Assembly: GCA_951406725.2 (NCBI GenBank)
Contig: OX597825.1
Coordinates: 53,196,001 to 53,260,000, forward strand
From: Octopus vulgaris
Lineage: Eukaryota
DNA: 64,000 nucleotides
Direction: 5' to 3'
In this document: piece by piece, positions 1 to 14,105 of the stretch
How positions within the stretch are numbered: the first letter of the stretch is position 1
Layout: every line of letters starts with the position of its first letter
Made by a program: the position numbers and the translations under genes
The notes under the pieces: model-generated
What the model was told of the DNA's origin: nothing
The model's database searches: none
What the model saw: only the letters and a program-made list of their open reading frames with translations

Positions 1-1542
1 GTGCGGTGATGGTTTCTGGTAGAGCAGCAACATCTCAACAGTGAAATTTATTCTAATTTGTTAAAGCAACTATTATAATAAAATGTAATGGCAATGACCA
101 CCCCCATAACCACAATATCCACCAACATTACTTCCTTCATCATTACCACTCCCATTACTATTACTCCCAACACTACCAAGACAACCAGTACTTGGGTTTA
201 TTTATGGAGAAATGTTGGTAAAAAGCTTCTGATGATAAAACTCTAAGAGGATGTATTAAAAATAGAATAACAAAAAAACAGCCTGAATGTAATGACAATG
301 AAAATGATACAGAGCAACAATTATTATAAAAGAAATTTGGGGAATTTATGTAAAAACTCATAACACAAAGTTCGCTGGTTGGTTCACAAATGAGTAATTA
401 GAATTACTCTAATTAATAACCATTTCTTTGTTCTTTCGTGCTTGTTTAATATATTTTTCTATTTCTTTGATTTATGTTCTTTTATTATAATTTCCGTTGA
501 GTGCTTTTCAAATAACACTTTATACGGAATTGTTCTCTTGAGAGCCTTACATAACACAAACTGTGAAACGCGATAGCAATCCCCTCAGATGGCAGCTTTA
601 GAAATGCTGATACTTTAATGAAAAACAAATAGCGGACAAGTTTGTAATTTTTAATGTCATAGAAACACAATTTCACACACTAATACACATCCGCAAGTAT
701 ACACAAATGCAATCATAAATGCATACAAAAAATTGTAGATACAATGGCATATACACATACAATGTAGCATCGAATTGTGGAAAACGTTAATTGAAAAAAC
801 TTCACTCATTAACAAAAATGCTTTGAAGAAATAAATCTAATATATTAAAACAAAATTGTTTTAATGATTTAATAAGAACTGGAAAAAACATTTTAGTGGT
901 TGTAAAGAAATGCAAGTTGGGTAAGACATATTTGGGAGTATGAATTAAATTTGTGATTTGAACTAATTTCCTTGGTGTTTGAATTAACGTTACTGAGACA
1001 TCAGAGGATAATGACGCCAAAGCACGTAACTGATCGAAAATACTTATGAAATAAAAGTATAGAAGAGGATTCAGAGAAGTCTAGTAGAAAGCGCAAAGTT
1101 CTAGAATCTCTGCGTTGCCTCCTACAGTTTATTTCTCATCTTTCTGATTTCTAAGTTCGACTTTTTCTGCTTCTGGTTTACCGTTAGTTATAGTTGCTGC
1201 GTTGTACAGCAAATTAGAATGGATTATCGAATAGTTAAATAATTGCTGACACTGGGTTACATAGTTTCATAATTTCCATGAATGAAGATTACAAAAAATA
1301 TAATTATACACTCTGCTTTGATATCGGGAAAGATAATCGATGATTCAGAGAAAGGTAGTGTCCTGCAGAATAAATAGTTACGTGAAATGTAGGTGTAGCG
1401 TGGAATTCGGTGAGACAAAGTAAATTTTTCAGGCTTCTGTCAGTATATACTCGCCCAAGTGTAAGATTCATACTTAGGATGTAGAGAGACATGAAATCTA
1501 CATATTAGCATATTCAAGGGTATATATACACATACATAGAAG

Positions 1543-1587
<45 letters not shown>

Positions 1588-1589
1588 AT

Positions 1590-1646
<57 letters not shown>

Positions 1647-1879
1647 CACATACTTATGTGAAAATGTCAAATCGCTATTTATTAATGAGAGACACGTTTA
1701 CATATTCATAGATGAATGCATCGACACATTCATATAGAAATAGAAAGAGATTAATAAGTTTACGCATATACACACTAATAGATAGATACATCGACATATC
1801 CATGTGGATAAAGAGAGACAAAACGTTTTATACAAACACAAACAAGAACCCACATTCTGTGTGAAATTCGTGGGGCTGG

Positions 1880-2330
1880 TAACTGTGCACTTGGCTCTTT
1901 ACAGCATTGAACTGTATGCTGCTTTCTTCAGACAAGTTGTACAATGTGTTAAAATCGTTCTACAGTTTTGAATTATCAGGGATAGTGATTGCTTTGAATA
2001 CACTTCTCTCGTTAAAGTAGCTGGCCATTGTGGATACCTGTTTTGGAGAGCCAACATAAATAGTAGTTGTCCCAGTATAGTTCCTTGAGTAAATCTGCAT
2101 AGAGCAGTGTAGGCTGCAACTAACACATACCGTTTCAAAAGTCATACAGCCACTCCTTTAATTCTACAGCTATATCAAGTTCACGCAATTTGTGACATAT
2201 CATTTTTTGATCAACTTCATCGGTAACCTTTGAAAAGTCAAAATATACCATCATCACATATAAGCCGTAATGTAATAGTAACTGTGTGAGGAAGCTCTTT
2301 ACTGGACAGAAGCCACGCTGCGTGTTAGTG
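1880..2330 (-). mobile_element. Degenerate CR1/L2-clade LINE reverse transcriptase fragment
   Basis: Minus strand reads QRGFCPVKSFLTQLLLHY (cf. QHGFRPGRSCLTQL), VYFDFSKVTDEVDQKMICHKLRELDI (cf. YLDFSKAFDKVDH) and TQGTILGQLLFM (cf. PQGTVLGPLLF), with stops and frameshifts. Confidence 0.7.
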
Positions 2331-3324
2331 TAGGTTTTATATGATCAATTATATATATCTTACTCCCATTAAAGACTGCACTAGGATATTAGAAATTGTT
2401 ACTAATACCACAGTAGAATATTGTGAGGTTATAGGAAAATAATGTAACAGAAGAACTAAGTGAGTTTCTACAACTTTTCCTTCACTGGAGTTCTCAAAAT
2501 ACATAACCCCGTAATGCATGAAGTATTGACGGTTGTTGAAACGAATTTTGAAATATTAGAAAATGATGTATACACACTCGCGCGCGCACTTAAAAACACA
2601 CACACATATAATCATGTATACACAGACAGATATAGGTGCACATAAGAAGATGCATATATCATACAAATAAATACACCCGCATATGAAGTAGAGAGTAAAC
2701 GTTTTCAATGATACTCAACAGAAATCTTTTTCCTGAATATATATTAACAGAAAAAATGTCAAGGAACTTCTCATAGCTGTTGTCATATGTAGCTGCATTC
2801 ACATCACATATCGCTGTCACTTATTCATTCACACTGTTACCAAGAAAAATTCCATGAAGTACATGTAGGAGCGCGTGTTTCTGTGTGAGAGAGTGACAGT
2901 GGGAATGTGTATGTATGTGTGTGCGCGCGCATATATATATGTATATTTATATTAGTATGTGTATGTGTATATATGTTTGTTCATACAAAGGGATACTTAC
3001 CTATGTGTCTATATATATATCTATCTATATATATATATCTCTCTAGTATCTATCTATCTACCTATTTATCTATCTAGCTGTCTGTCTATCTATTAAACAC
3101 ATACACCTATATACACGTGCACATACATACGTACATAAATGCACTTACAGACACAGATATATGTTATATATACCATATATGTTATATATACCATATATCT
3201 GGCGCTTTCGTGCGCATTTGTGCGTAATATAGATAATGATAACAGTAAAATAACAATGACGATAATGATGAAGAAGAAGATGATGATGATGATGACGACG
3301 ATGACGGTGATGATGATGACCGCC

Positions 3325-3480
3325 TCATAACCAGTGTTCGTTTGTTTACCTTCTTATAATTAGCAGTCAGGCAAAAGTGACTTGCTAAATAAGTACTAGC
3401 ATCGGTTTGCTGGACTGTATTCTCCAAGGTGGTACCCCACTATGACTGCATTCGAATAAATGAAACAAATAAAAGATAAA
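3325..3480 (+). mobile_element. Degenerate 3' half of tRNA-derived SINE family A
   Basis: Resembles the 3' half of the copy at 50543-50876 (ccagtgtt...tttac...taagtactag...ggtggtacccca...tgactgca...tgaaacaaataaaagataaa). Confidence 0.5.
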
Positions 3481-4599
3481 GGGTGAAAGAAAAAGAAAAT
3501 TGCTTGCTGTGACTAGAATTTCTACGACTAGACGATTAGTTAAATACCACACAGTAAAATTCAGAAACTGCTCTGAAGTGCCCTCCCTGTTTCATTGGCT
3601 ACCGCAGGCCATTTCCATAATACATAAGCTTTCTAGTTGCCTAATTGAGAAGAGACTGTTTCTCAAAAGGTCTTCTCTCTTCTATTGGTATGTAATTTGG
3701 GCTGGCAAATAGAATTGAAAGCAATATTTAAAGTAAATGTTGGTTAACTCGACAGCGTAAACTAATTCTTTCTTTAACCATAATGTAAATATTAATGGGA
3801 GGTTCTTGTTGCTCCGTACCCTCCGTGGTGCACTCAAAACATATCGTTTACTGCTCGGAAAACTGACTCTAATCATTAGCAGCCGATAGATATATTTGGG
3901 CTTCAGTTTTTAACACCATTTGACTGCTGTAAGTTTTAGGTAGAGCTAGGCTACTATTTAAAATTATTTAAAACACAAGCGTGCTTAATGACCTAAATTA
4001 AAGTTTAATAAAATGTAGAAATAGCGGAAAAGCATCTTTTCTGCTATTGATGTTAAAGCCTAATAGATGTAAGATATTTAGTATGTCAGATGCACATGTA
4101 GGTGTTAGCGACTATGTTGAATGATTTTGTCTGCGAGAATAATCTATTTTAACGTCGGCTGGATATTATATCTCTCTCTCTCACTCTCTCTCTCACTCTC
4201 TCTCTCTCTCTCTCCCTCTCGGAATATAAGAATTTTCCCATCCAAAGAAACACTTGCAGTTCCTAGCTGCTTTAGAACTGCAAACTTGCGTTTTACGTGT
4301 CTTATAAAACGTTATTCTATGAATTGTCATGTTGTGCTACCTGGTATCAAGTGAATCAGTTTGTTGACTCCTACATACAAGTTAGCAACAACCGTTTCCT
4401 TTCCCGAAGGAGGATGTTTTTTCATGTATACCATTGACATAAAAATGTTATCACAGGACATATACCGATCACTTCACTATCAAGCCAAACTCGAAATGAT
4501 TTTGTTATACGATGCGAAATAAAATTTATTTTGTTTGATCAACCTATAGCTTCATCATTAAGTCAAAAAGGACCTGCTTAACAAAGGGTATCACTATCA

Positions 4600-4790
4600 T
4601 CCTTGGGCATTACTATATCTGATAGATGTGTTTGGCGATAAAATATAAATGTCAAGGCGTCATCTTGGGTATGAGGAGCACTGTATGATCTGGGTGCATA
4701 TATTTATTCTTAACCGAAGTGGTTTGCATCCGACGGGTAAATATAATGACGCAGTTTCAAACCACGTATTGAATGCTTTTCTTATTATTA
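4600..4790 (+). mobile_element. Possible very degenerate Tc1-like transposase fragment
   Basis: SRRHLG..CMIW resembles the Tc1 RRxxGGxVMVWG motif; the match is weak. Confidence 0.25.
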
Positions 4791-5102
4791 CTTATAAACA
4801 ACTTATATCTCAATGCCGTTCATACATATAAAAAAGAGTATCTTTGTATAGGTATACGCGCACACACATACACGCACACACATAGACACACACACATACT
4901 TACACACACACACTCACATAAACACACTGACACACACACAGAGGAGAGAGAAAGAGAAATAAAGTAAGAGTGAACAGGTGATTGGTAGTGACTGTGAGAA
5001 AGTCAGGGAAACATGATACCGTCAAAAATATGTGTTTGCATGTAAATATATATGTGTGTATGTGTGTGTGCATGCATATATATGTTTGTGTATATAGATA
5101 TG

Positions 5103-5120
<18 letters not shown>

Positions 5121-5161
<41 letters not shown>

Positions 5162-5252
5162 GGAGAGAAAGAGAGAGAGGGAGAGAAAGAGAGAGAGGGA
5201 GAGAAAGAGAGAGAGGGAGAGAAAGAGAGAGAGGGAGAGAAAGAAAGAGAGA
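5121..5252. repeat. (GA)n grading into an 18-bp minisatellite (gagagggagagaaagaga)n
   Basis: Directly visible; produces the EREGEK repeat in the ORF track. Confidence 0.9.
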
Positions 5253-6500
5253 TATATCAACAGAAATATATATACACGCACACAAATACACAAAAAAATA
5301 TATGTATGTCTCTATTTGTATATACATATTTATGAGTGTGTGCGCTTGAGTGAGTGGTGTGTTTTTTTCTTCAGGAATTTGTAAGACTACTAGAATATAT
5401 AAGTAAAATAGCCTGAAGAATGTTTAGAAGATGTTGGAATTTTTTATAATAATATTTTATTTTTGTCTTTGAGACATCAAGATGAGAAAGGATGAGGAAT
5501 AAAAATATAATAATGAGGCATAGCAGAAATAGAAGGAAGAAGGGGAATCTATTGGCTTATTGATTTATTCCAGCTTGATAGAGAATATACAGAAAACAGA
5601 ATATCTTCAGTGTTGAGAAAAATATTTATATTGTAATGCCGCGTGTTTGATTTTGGCTTTTCTCCGAGTTGTTATCTAAATATTCCTAGCGTCTATTAAT
5701 TGTGACGATAATAACCATCACAACAACAACAAAAATTTAAAAAATAGCAGTAAAAGCTATATAAATATCGAAAACAATAAGCAAGAGAATGAGGAAACAA
5801 TCAAGTATGAATTATAAATTGAAATGAATTTACCTTCCGCAAAATAAATAAATAAATATATAATAGTAAGGACGTAATTTTGAGAATAACAGTATTGAAT
5901 GTAAGTTCATTCTTAGCCATAAATGAAAACTACGCCTGTATGCATTCAAGTATTTGTGTGTATGTCTGTGTGCGTGTGTGTGTTCATATATACATCCATA
6001 ATGGATATATAGCATATTTATATACATAAAGATTTAAATGAACAATTTTCCCTAAAAATATCTATGTAGTATCTATTTTCATCCAAATATATTGAGCTTA
6101 TATTTTCTGATAGATTTCATAGATAAAACAGCATTAGAAATGATGTTGTAATAAGTGTTAGAGACAGAGTTTTATCTTTCATCGCAATTTAATACATCAT
6201 GGTTTAAGGTTTCTTTAATATTATCTTTAAAATAAAATAATCATTCAGTAATTATAATATTTCCCGGTGGAATTGTCTTTGTAGCAGATCGTTAGATAAT
6301 AATGTAATATATATATATATACACATAGTCATGCAGATGTACACACACGCACAAACACGCATACATATATACATATATATTTAAGTATATATATACATAC
6401 ATATATATATATATATATACATATGTATATATATATATATATATAATATATATATACATACATATATATTTAAGTATATATATACATACACATATATATG

Positions 6501-6569
<69 letters not shown>

Positions 6570-6768
6570 ATGTATATAACAGTGAATGCTTATCAGTCGG
6601 TTACTTCGATGAATATTCACTTGTTTCATCAAATGAACTACCTGCTTATTGGCTTATTGAATTAACGTGATCAAAGTTGTGCTTTCTACCGATAAAAAAC
6701 AAAATTCTCAGCCACTCAGGCGAAATCGCAGCTGTATTGTTTAATCTTTTATAATACATACATACATA

Positions 6769-6848
<80 letters not shown>

Positions 6849-7244
6849 GCCACTTTCCCTGGATAATGAAGTTGCAGCAACAACATTCTACATATATTTT
6901 CCTTTTTACTCTTATTCTCTTATTTCTCTTTATACTTCTTATTTCCATCCTTTTCCAAAATAACTCCTGATATTGAAATCTACTATTACCCTATATTTAA
7001 CTCTCTGATTTCGTCTCTCATGAAGGGATATCCCTAATAACCCAGAAACACCTGTAAGACTAACTTTGCCTTTAAAATGTCCTGAAAATTCCACACAGTC
7101 TTGGCTTTGTTGTCTCATTTTATTTAACATATATATATGTGTGTGTGTGTGTATGTGTGTGTGTGTTGTGCGTGTGTATGTATATGTATGTATATGTATA
7201 TGTATGTATATATATATATATATACATATGTAACTATGTACATG

Positions 7245-7284
<40 letters not shown>

Positions 7285-7285
<1 letters not shown>

Positions 7286-7501
7286 TCTTTTACTCTCTTT
7301 TACTTGTTTCGGTCATTTGACTGCGGTCATGCTGGAGCACCGCCTTTAGTCGAGCAAATCGACCCCAGAAATTATTCTTTGTAAGCCCAGTACTTATTCT
7401 ATCGGTCTCTTTTGCCGAACCGCTAAGTGACGGGGACGTAAACACACTAGCATCGGTTGCCAAGCAATTCTAGGGGGACAAACACAGACACACAAACACA
7501 G

Positions 7502-7550
<49 letters not shown>

Positions 7551-7690
7551 TACGACAGGCTTCTTTCAGTTTCCGTCTACCAAATCCACTCACAATGCAT
7601 TGGTCGGCCCGGGGCTATAGCAGAAGACACTGAACCCGGAACCATGTCGTTGGTTAGCAAGCTACTTACCACACAGCCACTCCTGCGCCT
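7285..7690 (-). mobile_element. tRNA-derived SINE family A (octopus-type) with internal (CA)/(TA) microsatellite and a small internal deletion
   Basis: Reverse complement starts AGGCGCAGGAGTGGCTGTGTGGTAAG (A box) ...GGTTCCGGGTTCAG (B box); near-identical to 23899-24289. Confidence 0.9.
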
Positions 7691-7759
7691 ATATATATAT
7701 ATATATATATATAATATACCTAATATATGTATGTATATATACATACTATATGTACATAC

Positions 7760-8050
7760 ATCTATACGTATATATACATATGCATATGTGGGCACAGGAC
7801 GTCACAAAACGTGTACAACAAAAAATACAAAGCACGAGTACCTGGAATATGAACTATTTTTTCGAACAACGAAAAACACAAATTGAAAACAAGACAAACA
7901 ACACAAAATACTTCCTTCATCAGTTGTTGGCTGTTTTTCTACTCTCGTATTTCGAGCATTTAACAACACGATACGCTTTCGATAAAACTGTTGTTCCAGC
8001 AGAATATAATGATAAAACGTTAATGATTTTTTATCACGTAGTCAACATGG
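7760..8050 (-). mobile_element. Short (TA)n-embedded repeat, probably derived from a Penelope pseudo-LTR; same family as 26880-27470
   Basis: Shares tgcatat.tggg.acaggac, ttc.aacaacgaaa and CAACTGAnGAAGG blocks with the 27-kb element. Confidence 0.6.
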
Positions 8051-8191
8051 AATAAAGATGAGGACAAATATCCGTCAAATGTAAATAATGTAAATAATGC
8101 ACATAATTCTTCCTCTCTTAAATATAGAACTCTATGGAATACAGATTTAGATGTAATTTACATATTAAATTAATAATTACATATTTATATG

Positions 8192-9422
8192 TATATAATT
8201 ATATTAAGGGAGCAAGGACGTAAAAAGCTCCAGCATGCTTGAAAATACTGAGGCATTCAGATACTATCACAGACCTCCAAAAATATGCCCTGATTGTAGG
8301 TGAGCGAGTGAAAAATATTTATAAAGACCTCAGGTTAATTGTGAATTGGGTCCAATTTCTAGGTTAAAGTTGTAAAAGCAGGCTTTTTTTTTCGTCAACA
8401 TAATACACGAGAAGTATAAATGCAAATAATTATACATACCCGAATAAACCAGATTCGCACGTCCACATACAAGATCAAAGATATGTCAGATTAATACGTT
8501 TTCATGACAACCACGTGTATTTTACCAAACTATCTCCGCATAAAATACTATTCCGATCAAGAGTTAAAATAATTTTATTATTTCATTTTATTTATTAATT
8601 CATTCTAGAATATAAGGATAAAATAATATTAATGTTTTTTTATCAGGTAATCAGCATACAATACAATTTATAGGTAATTTATACATGAAATGAATAATTA
8701 TATATGTATATTAGGGGAACAAGGGCAAAAACACGACCTATTTCCAACATGCTTGAAAATACCGAGGTATTCAGATACTACCGAAAACCCCCCAAAATAT
8801 ATAGGGATTGTAGGCGAGCGAGTGAGAAACCATTAAAATGTCTTCAGGTTAATTGTGTATATTTTTGGAGTTTATCTGTAGTATCTGTCATTTTCAAGCA
8901 TGTTGGGGATAGTTAATTTTTTTCACCCTTGCTCCCATTTTTATTGCATGCTGTCTACCTGATAAACATCATTAACATGATTTTATCCTTATATTCTAGT
9001 ATGAATCAATAAATAAAATAAAATGGTATATTTATTTTACCTTCTCATCGGAATAGCATTTTAGGTGGAGCTTTTTTGATAATACACACGTGGCTGTCAT
9101 GAAAATGTATTAATCTGACTTATCTTTGATCTATACGTGCAAATATTTGTATGTAGTCGTGCGAATCTGTCGTGTACAGGTCTTGAATAATTATTTGTAT
9201 TTATAATTCTCGTGTATTTTGTTGACGAAGGAAAAAGCTTGTTTTTACGGTTTTAATCTAGAAATTGGACCTAATTTACAATTACCGTGAATTCTTTTAA
9301 CGTTTTTTCACTCGCTCGCTTACAATCCGCGTGTATTTTTGGAATTTTTCAATAGTAACTGAATGCCTCAGCATTTTCAAGCGTGTAGATAGGTCGTTGT
9401 TTTCTCTCTTGCTCCTTTAATA

Positions 9423-9432
<10 letters not shown>
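8192..9432. mobile_element. 1.24-kb foldback element: imperfect palindrome built from a ~500-bp unit plus a partial unit in each arm
   Basis: Left end tatataattatattaagggagcaag versus right end cttgctcctttaatataattatata. 8203-8690 is reverse-complementary to 8936-9420, the unit restarts at ~8711, and the inversion centre is ~8855. Confidence 0.85.
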
Positions 9433-9505
<73 letters not shown>

Positions 9506-9559
9506 GTAGGCTGTTGGTGGTGTTAGCGTGTAAAGATGCTCTTCATATTGAGACAGTAC

Positions 9560-11000
9560 AAATAGCAATGTTAAAATACTAAGAAATGTTAATATTAAAG
9601 TTACAGAGACCACTAGGCTACAACAATGGGATAATAGTAATACTGTAATAGATATTTAAGAACTTAAATAATAAGCATAGAGCTAGATTTACTGAGTTCG
9701 ATATTATAGATATTTTTCCCGCAATACAGAAATCGTAACATGATAAAACGATTGACTTTATCATGCATGCGAGAAAAATGATCCTTTGGAGGAAGGGCTC
9801 ATGTGTAAAAAAAAATCCGATACTAATTACTTGTTCGACGTATCGATGTTATAATATGACGGTGTTGATGTCTGCGATCTTGTAGGCGTTTTTATATTAA
9901 ACACATTGAGGTCCAGGCTCCCATCCCACAACGTTGGTCTATTCTGGAACGATGGATTCGGAATTTCACATGACTATGATGGTCGCACCTTTGGTAAATT
10001 TAGGAAATAACTCACCATCGCTTTTACTCAATTAGGTCTTAAAATCACTGTCGCTTTTAATCTGTCAACATTTGATTGTTTAGATGTTTCTCTAAATCTA
10101 AACACTTCTTCTCATAATCAGTACTAGCCCAATGAGAAACTTTCGTTCATACAGCCTTCAGATTCCACCTCATAATGTTTAAAAAGCTGATTTCGAAAAT
10201 TAGCAACAGAATATCTAAGCTTTTTATTCTAAAGAAATAGTAAATAAGGCAGCCCCGTATTAAAACAATAGAGCTTACCAACAGTGGTTTTAAAGATAAA
10301 TAATTTTACAACCTCTCTAATAATAATACCAATAATAAAAATAGACTTAAAAATAGACCTAGGAGAATAATTTGACTCGCCCTTCCCCCTTTTCGCTAAA
10401 TGTTCAAACCAACATAGGTGAAAGATTCCTGTACTCTTCGATAAGCATATACCTGTAAATCCCAGGTATAGAACGATATTCAACAGGCGCTCAATCAAAT
10501 GATCATATAACCGCTGCCCCATTATGAATATCATAATTACTACACATCCACACCACCAACAGCTTACTCACAATTGTAACTGTTGAGACCCAGGAACAGC
10601 TCACTCTACCAGGGGTGCATGATTAATCGGTCAAATTGGATTAAAATCACAGCAACGATAGATGATAACAGAAAAGAAGAGTTATACCCGGGTATATGAA
10701 GGCGACTTTAAAAATCGCTATGCTAATCACTTATCTTCCTTCCGACACAGGGAGAAAAGTAAAACCATAAAGCTGGCTGGCCACATACGGGGTTCAAATT
10801 CTTCCTCCAGACCACATTCAATCAAGTGGAGAATATGTCACCGGATCAAAAAATCAAGCTATGAATAGTTGAAAGACTGCAGACATTTGTCGGATCAAAG
10901 AACGCCATTGCACTGCTGAATTCCAGATCTAAAATTTTCAGGGTATGCAACCATATGGGGAAGTTTTTCTTAGCGAATTGGAAATCAAAACCATCCCCAA
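9560..11000 (+). mobile_element. Degenerate Penelope-like element (RT + GIY-YIG endonuclease)
   Basis: RLQQWDNSNTVI, RFTEFDIIDIFPAI, FDVSML*YDGVDVCDLVGVFILNTL, NVGLFWNDG (cf. GLYRDDG); GIY-YIG region FKNRYANHLSSFRHREKSKTIKLAGHI..HSIKWRI in ORF 10662-10868. Confidence 0.85.
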
Positions 11001-11369
11001 ATTGATTGTCTGTATCTCAGATTCTAGACCCCATCCGTTCAGTCATATTATGATTTTACGTTCAAAGTGGATATAACTCTAATTCCCCTCATTTTTTCCT
11101 TACCCTTCCGTTTGCCGGTGATTTTCTTTTCACCCTTTCACATTTCGCATGCACTTTCTTGCGTTTTCTCGTATTTTCCTTTATTTTCTCGTCTTGATTT
11201 AGCTTGTATACGCCATATGAGCATAGTATAAATTTCTATGCAGGCAGCAGACATGTTATAAATTGATGTCTATGTCGTTATAATCGCATGAAATATACCT
11301 CATGAAATATATATTGTGCTTATTAAACAATAAATACACACACATATACACACACGCACACAAGCACAC

Positions 11370-11475
<106 letters not shown>

Positions 11476-11519
11476 GCATTCACATGCATGTATACGGTTT
11501 GGTTATTTTTAAAGGCAAA

Positions 11520-11920
11520 AAATGCAAGCTATGAAAATTAATAAAACAGTTCGATGATTAGTACTTTTATCTCGTATTTCAACGTTGAATGGTTATGATT
11601 CTTTCTTTAGGGAATTTACTGGGGAAAGATGTTGATAGATAATGTCTCTGATTTATAGTATCTGTGTGTTTGAAGGGTCGTTTTCCTGTGTGCAATTCAG
11701 ATCTGTTATTAATCCCTGGGCTTTTCTTCTTAAGATTATTTGTATTACATTTTTTTTTTTTGCTTTTCTCAAGTTCCTAGAGTTTGTTTCTATAGTGTCA
11801 ATGGAAACGTTGATGTCTTGAGTGTGGCGTTTGGTGATTTTTACGGAAGAAGCATTAACATAAAAGGGTTCTTTAACGCGTATGGCAACTTGTCTGAAAG
11901 TGCTTCTGATGTGGAATTCA
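11520..11920 (-). mobile_element. Penelope-like 3' fragment (GIY-YIG C-terminus)
   Basis: Minus strand HIRSTFRQVAIRVKE (cf. YIGST.R.L..RIKEH), SSVK.H, ILEEKP..INNRSEL; frameshifted. Confidence 0.5.
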
Positions 11921-12032
11921 TTACATGTATATGAGTATAAATATACTTACACACATGCACGCACTCACACACACATACATTTGCATGCTTAACACGAACA
12001 TATGCGTTTGGAAATTTATATGTAGCAAAATA

Positions 12033-12594
12033 TTGGGCTGTCCAGAAAGTTCGTACCGATTTTTAAAGGAAAGATAAAGGTCAATAAATACTTGCCATTA
12101 CATCTTTAATCAACCAAATATGAATCATTTAGTTGCACAATGTGTCTCTATCTTTCCTTTAACTTGAAAATACCCTCTTCCCAGAATTGAGGTGGTTTCA
12201 TGGCAAAGAATTCATCAATGTATCTTTTTACGTCATCCAAGAAATTGAAATTTTTACCATTAAAACTATTCTGCAGAGATCTGAATAAGTGGAAATCCTA
12301 AGGAGCAATATCTGGTGAATATGGAGAGTGGGGTAACACATCCCAACCGAGCTGCAGCAATTTTGTCTGGTTCCCAAAGTATCAAGTGCCGAAAATTAAC
12401 TTTCTTATCTTCCATTTTAAAGGGTTACAGAATTAACACATATAGGAACATAAATCTTCTTCCAAGAAAAGATAGCTTAAACTGTGCTCTAAATTGAGGT
12501 GAAGTCAAATCCTATTTTATGGACTCAAACATGTTCTAAAATAAGTCGAAAAGTAAGCTACTTTAAATCGGCACGAACTTTCCGGACAACCCAA
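12033..12594 (-). mobile_element. Internally deleted mariner (Tc1/mariner) transposon
   Basis: TA target duplications; ~30-bp TIRs ttgggctgtccagaaagttcgtaccgattt / aaatcggcacgaactttccggacaacccaa; minus strand encodes GWDVLPHSPYSPDIAP*DFHLFRSLQN..FWEEGIFKL (mariner YSPDLAPSD motif). Confidence 0.95.
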
Positions 12595-12633
12595 TATAAT
12601 AAAGTATATAATAAAAATACATATATATATAAA

Positions 12634-12671
<38 letters not shown>

Positions 12672-12689
12672 ATTCATCGGTGTAAATGA

Positions 12690-12892
12690 TAGTTTCGAAT
12701 TTTAGTACAAGTCCAGCTATTTAGGAGGAGGAGGAGGAGGAGGAGGTAAGTTGATTACGTGAATCCTGTGTTCAACTAGTATTTATATAACCAAACTCGA
12801 AAGGATAAAAACCAAAGATGACCTCGGCAGAAATTGGATGCAGCACCTAAAGGTGAACGAAACGCCTCTAAGAATTTTTGTCGACGTGCTAT
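12690..12892 (-). mobile_element. Old SINE family C, degenerate copy
   Basis: Reverse complement of the ccgaggtc.actttgcctttcatcctttc core seen at 13874-14105. Confidence 0.55.
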
Positions 12893-13224
12893 ATAAGTAA
12901 TAACATATATCTAAATTCCCGAGCAACCGTTCACAAAGTACGCAGTGCTATCGAATGACTCACGCAAGAGCAATTAAGATATTTTTCAACAGATTCCTTG
13001 CAAGTCGTACTCTCCGATAAATTATAGTGGATGCATTATATATTCCGTTTCTAAGGAAGAAAAGAATAAATACTACTTCTTTCAGATTCATCTCTGTGGC
13101 TTCAAATATTAGCAAATATTACGAGATCGAAACTGTTTATCTTGCGAGAGGACTTGCGAACTAATTCTCAGCATGATATTTACTGGATAACAGGTGTCGC
13201 TACATGCTGATATTAATTCTTTTA

Positions 13225-13433
13225 AGATTTGGCTCAAGAGCAGCAACTTCAGTGGAGAAAGAATAGCCGATTACACCGCCCCAGCACTTGACCAGTACTT
13301 TATTTTACTGATCTCGAAAGGATGGAAGACAAAGATGAACTTCACGCATTTGAACTCAGAATATACAGAACTAGAAGAAATGCTGATAAACATTTGTCCA
13401 ACGTGTTATCGATTCTACCCGCCCGCTACCTTA
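13225..13433 (-). mobile_element. Old SINE family C, degenerate copy
   Basis: ccagtacttt..gatctcgaaaggatggaagacaaag..atttgaactcagaa..gattctacccgcccgctacctt matches family C in reverse. Confidence 0.6.
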
Positions 13434-13873
13434 ATAATGCAGTTGATCATATTGAATAAATATACCGAGTTAATTTCGTCTTTCCTTTGAAATACAGTGC
13501 TAGCTATAATATCATAGTATATTACCGGTACTTGCGTAAAAGTTAGATGGAAAATGTCTTAAATATTTTTATACGGTTCTTTGGTTAAGTGTTCAAGCCT
13601 TCTGCAGTTTTTATTTCTATCTAGGCCTCTTCATTTTAACAGCATCTAATTTAGCCAAAATTTATTTTCTACATCATAAGGGAATATTGTTTAAAACAAC
13701 CTCGCATTCCAACAAGGTGTTAACATATATTTTTGGTCAACCTTATACCACTAAAATGGTATCAGAGAGTCACTCAGTTTCAGAGACAGTTTTGACAATA
13801 TGTTGTTGGCCAAAGTTTGATTTATGTCTTGTATGCATTAAATAGTTCAAGAATTGATAATAGCTACTCCATT

Positions 13874-14105
13874 TAAGGTGGTGAGCCAGCAGAATCTTTA
13901 TCACACTGGGCAAAGTGGTCAGCGCATTTTGTCCGATTTTACCATCCGAGTTAAAATCTCAACGGAGTCGACTTTGCCTTTCATCCTTTTCAGGTCGATA
14001 AAATAAGTAGCAGTTGAGCACTGGTGTCACACATTAACACATAGGCAACGAACCAAACTTACTCCTTTCCCGAAATTGCTGGCCTTGTGCCGAAATATGA
14101 AACAA
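13874..14105 (+). mobile_element. Old SINE family C (tRNA-like head plus conserved core)
   Basis: taaggtggtgagccagcagaatc head; gagtcgactttgcctttcatccttttcaggtcgataaaataagtagcag core; multiple copies in the window. Confidence 0.7.

Noticed and set aside
6700-6740. GCC-actca-GGC-GAAA string as a hammerhead
   Set aside because: The catalytic core upstream is missing; at most a decayed remnant.
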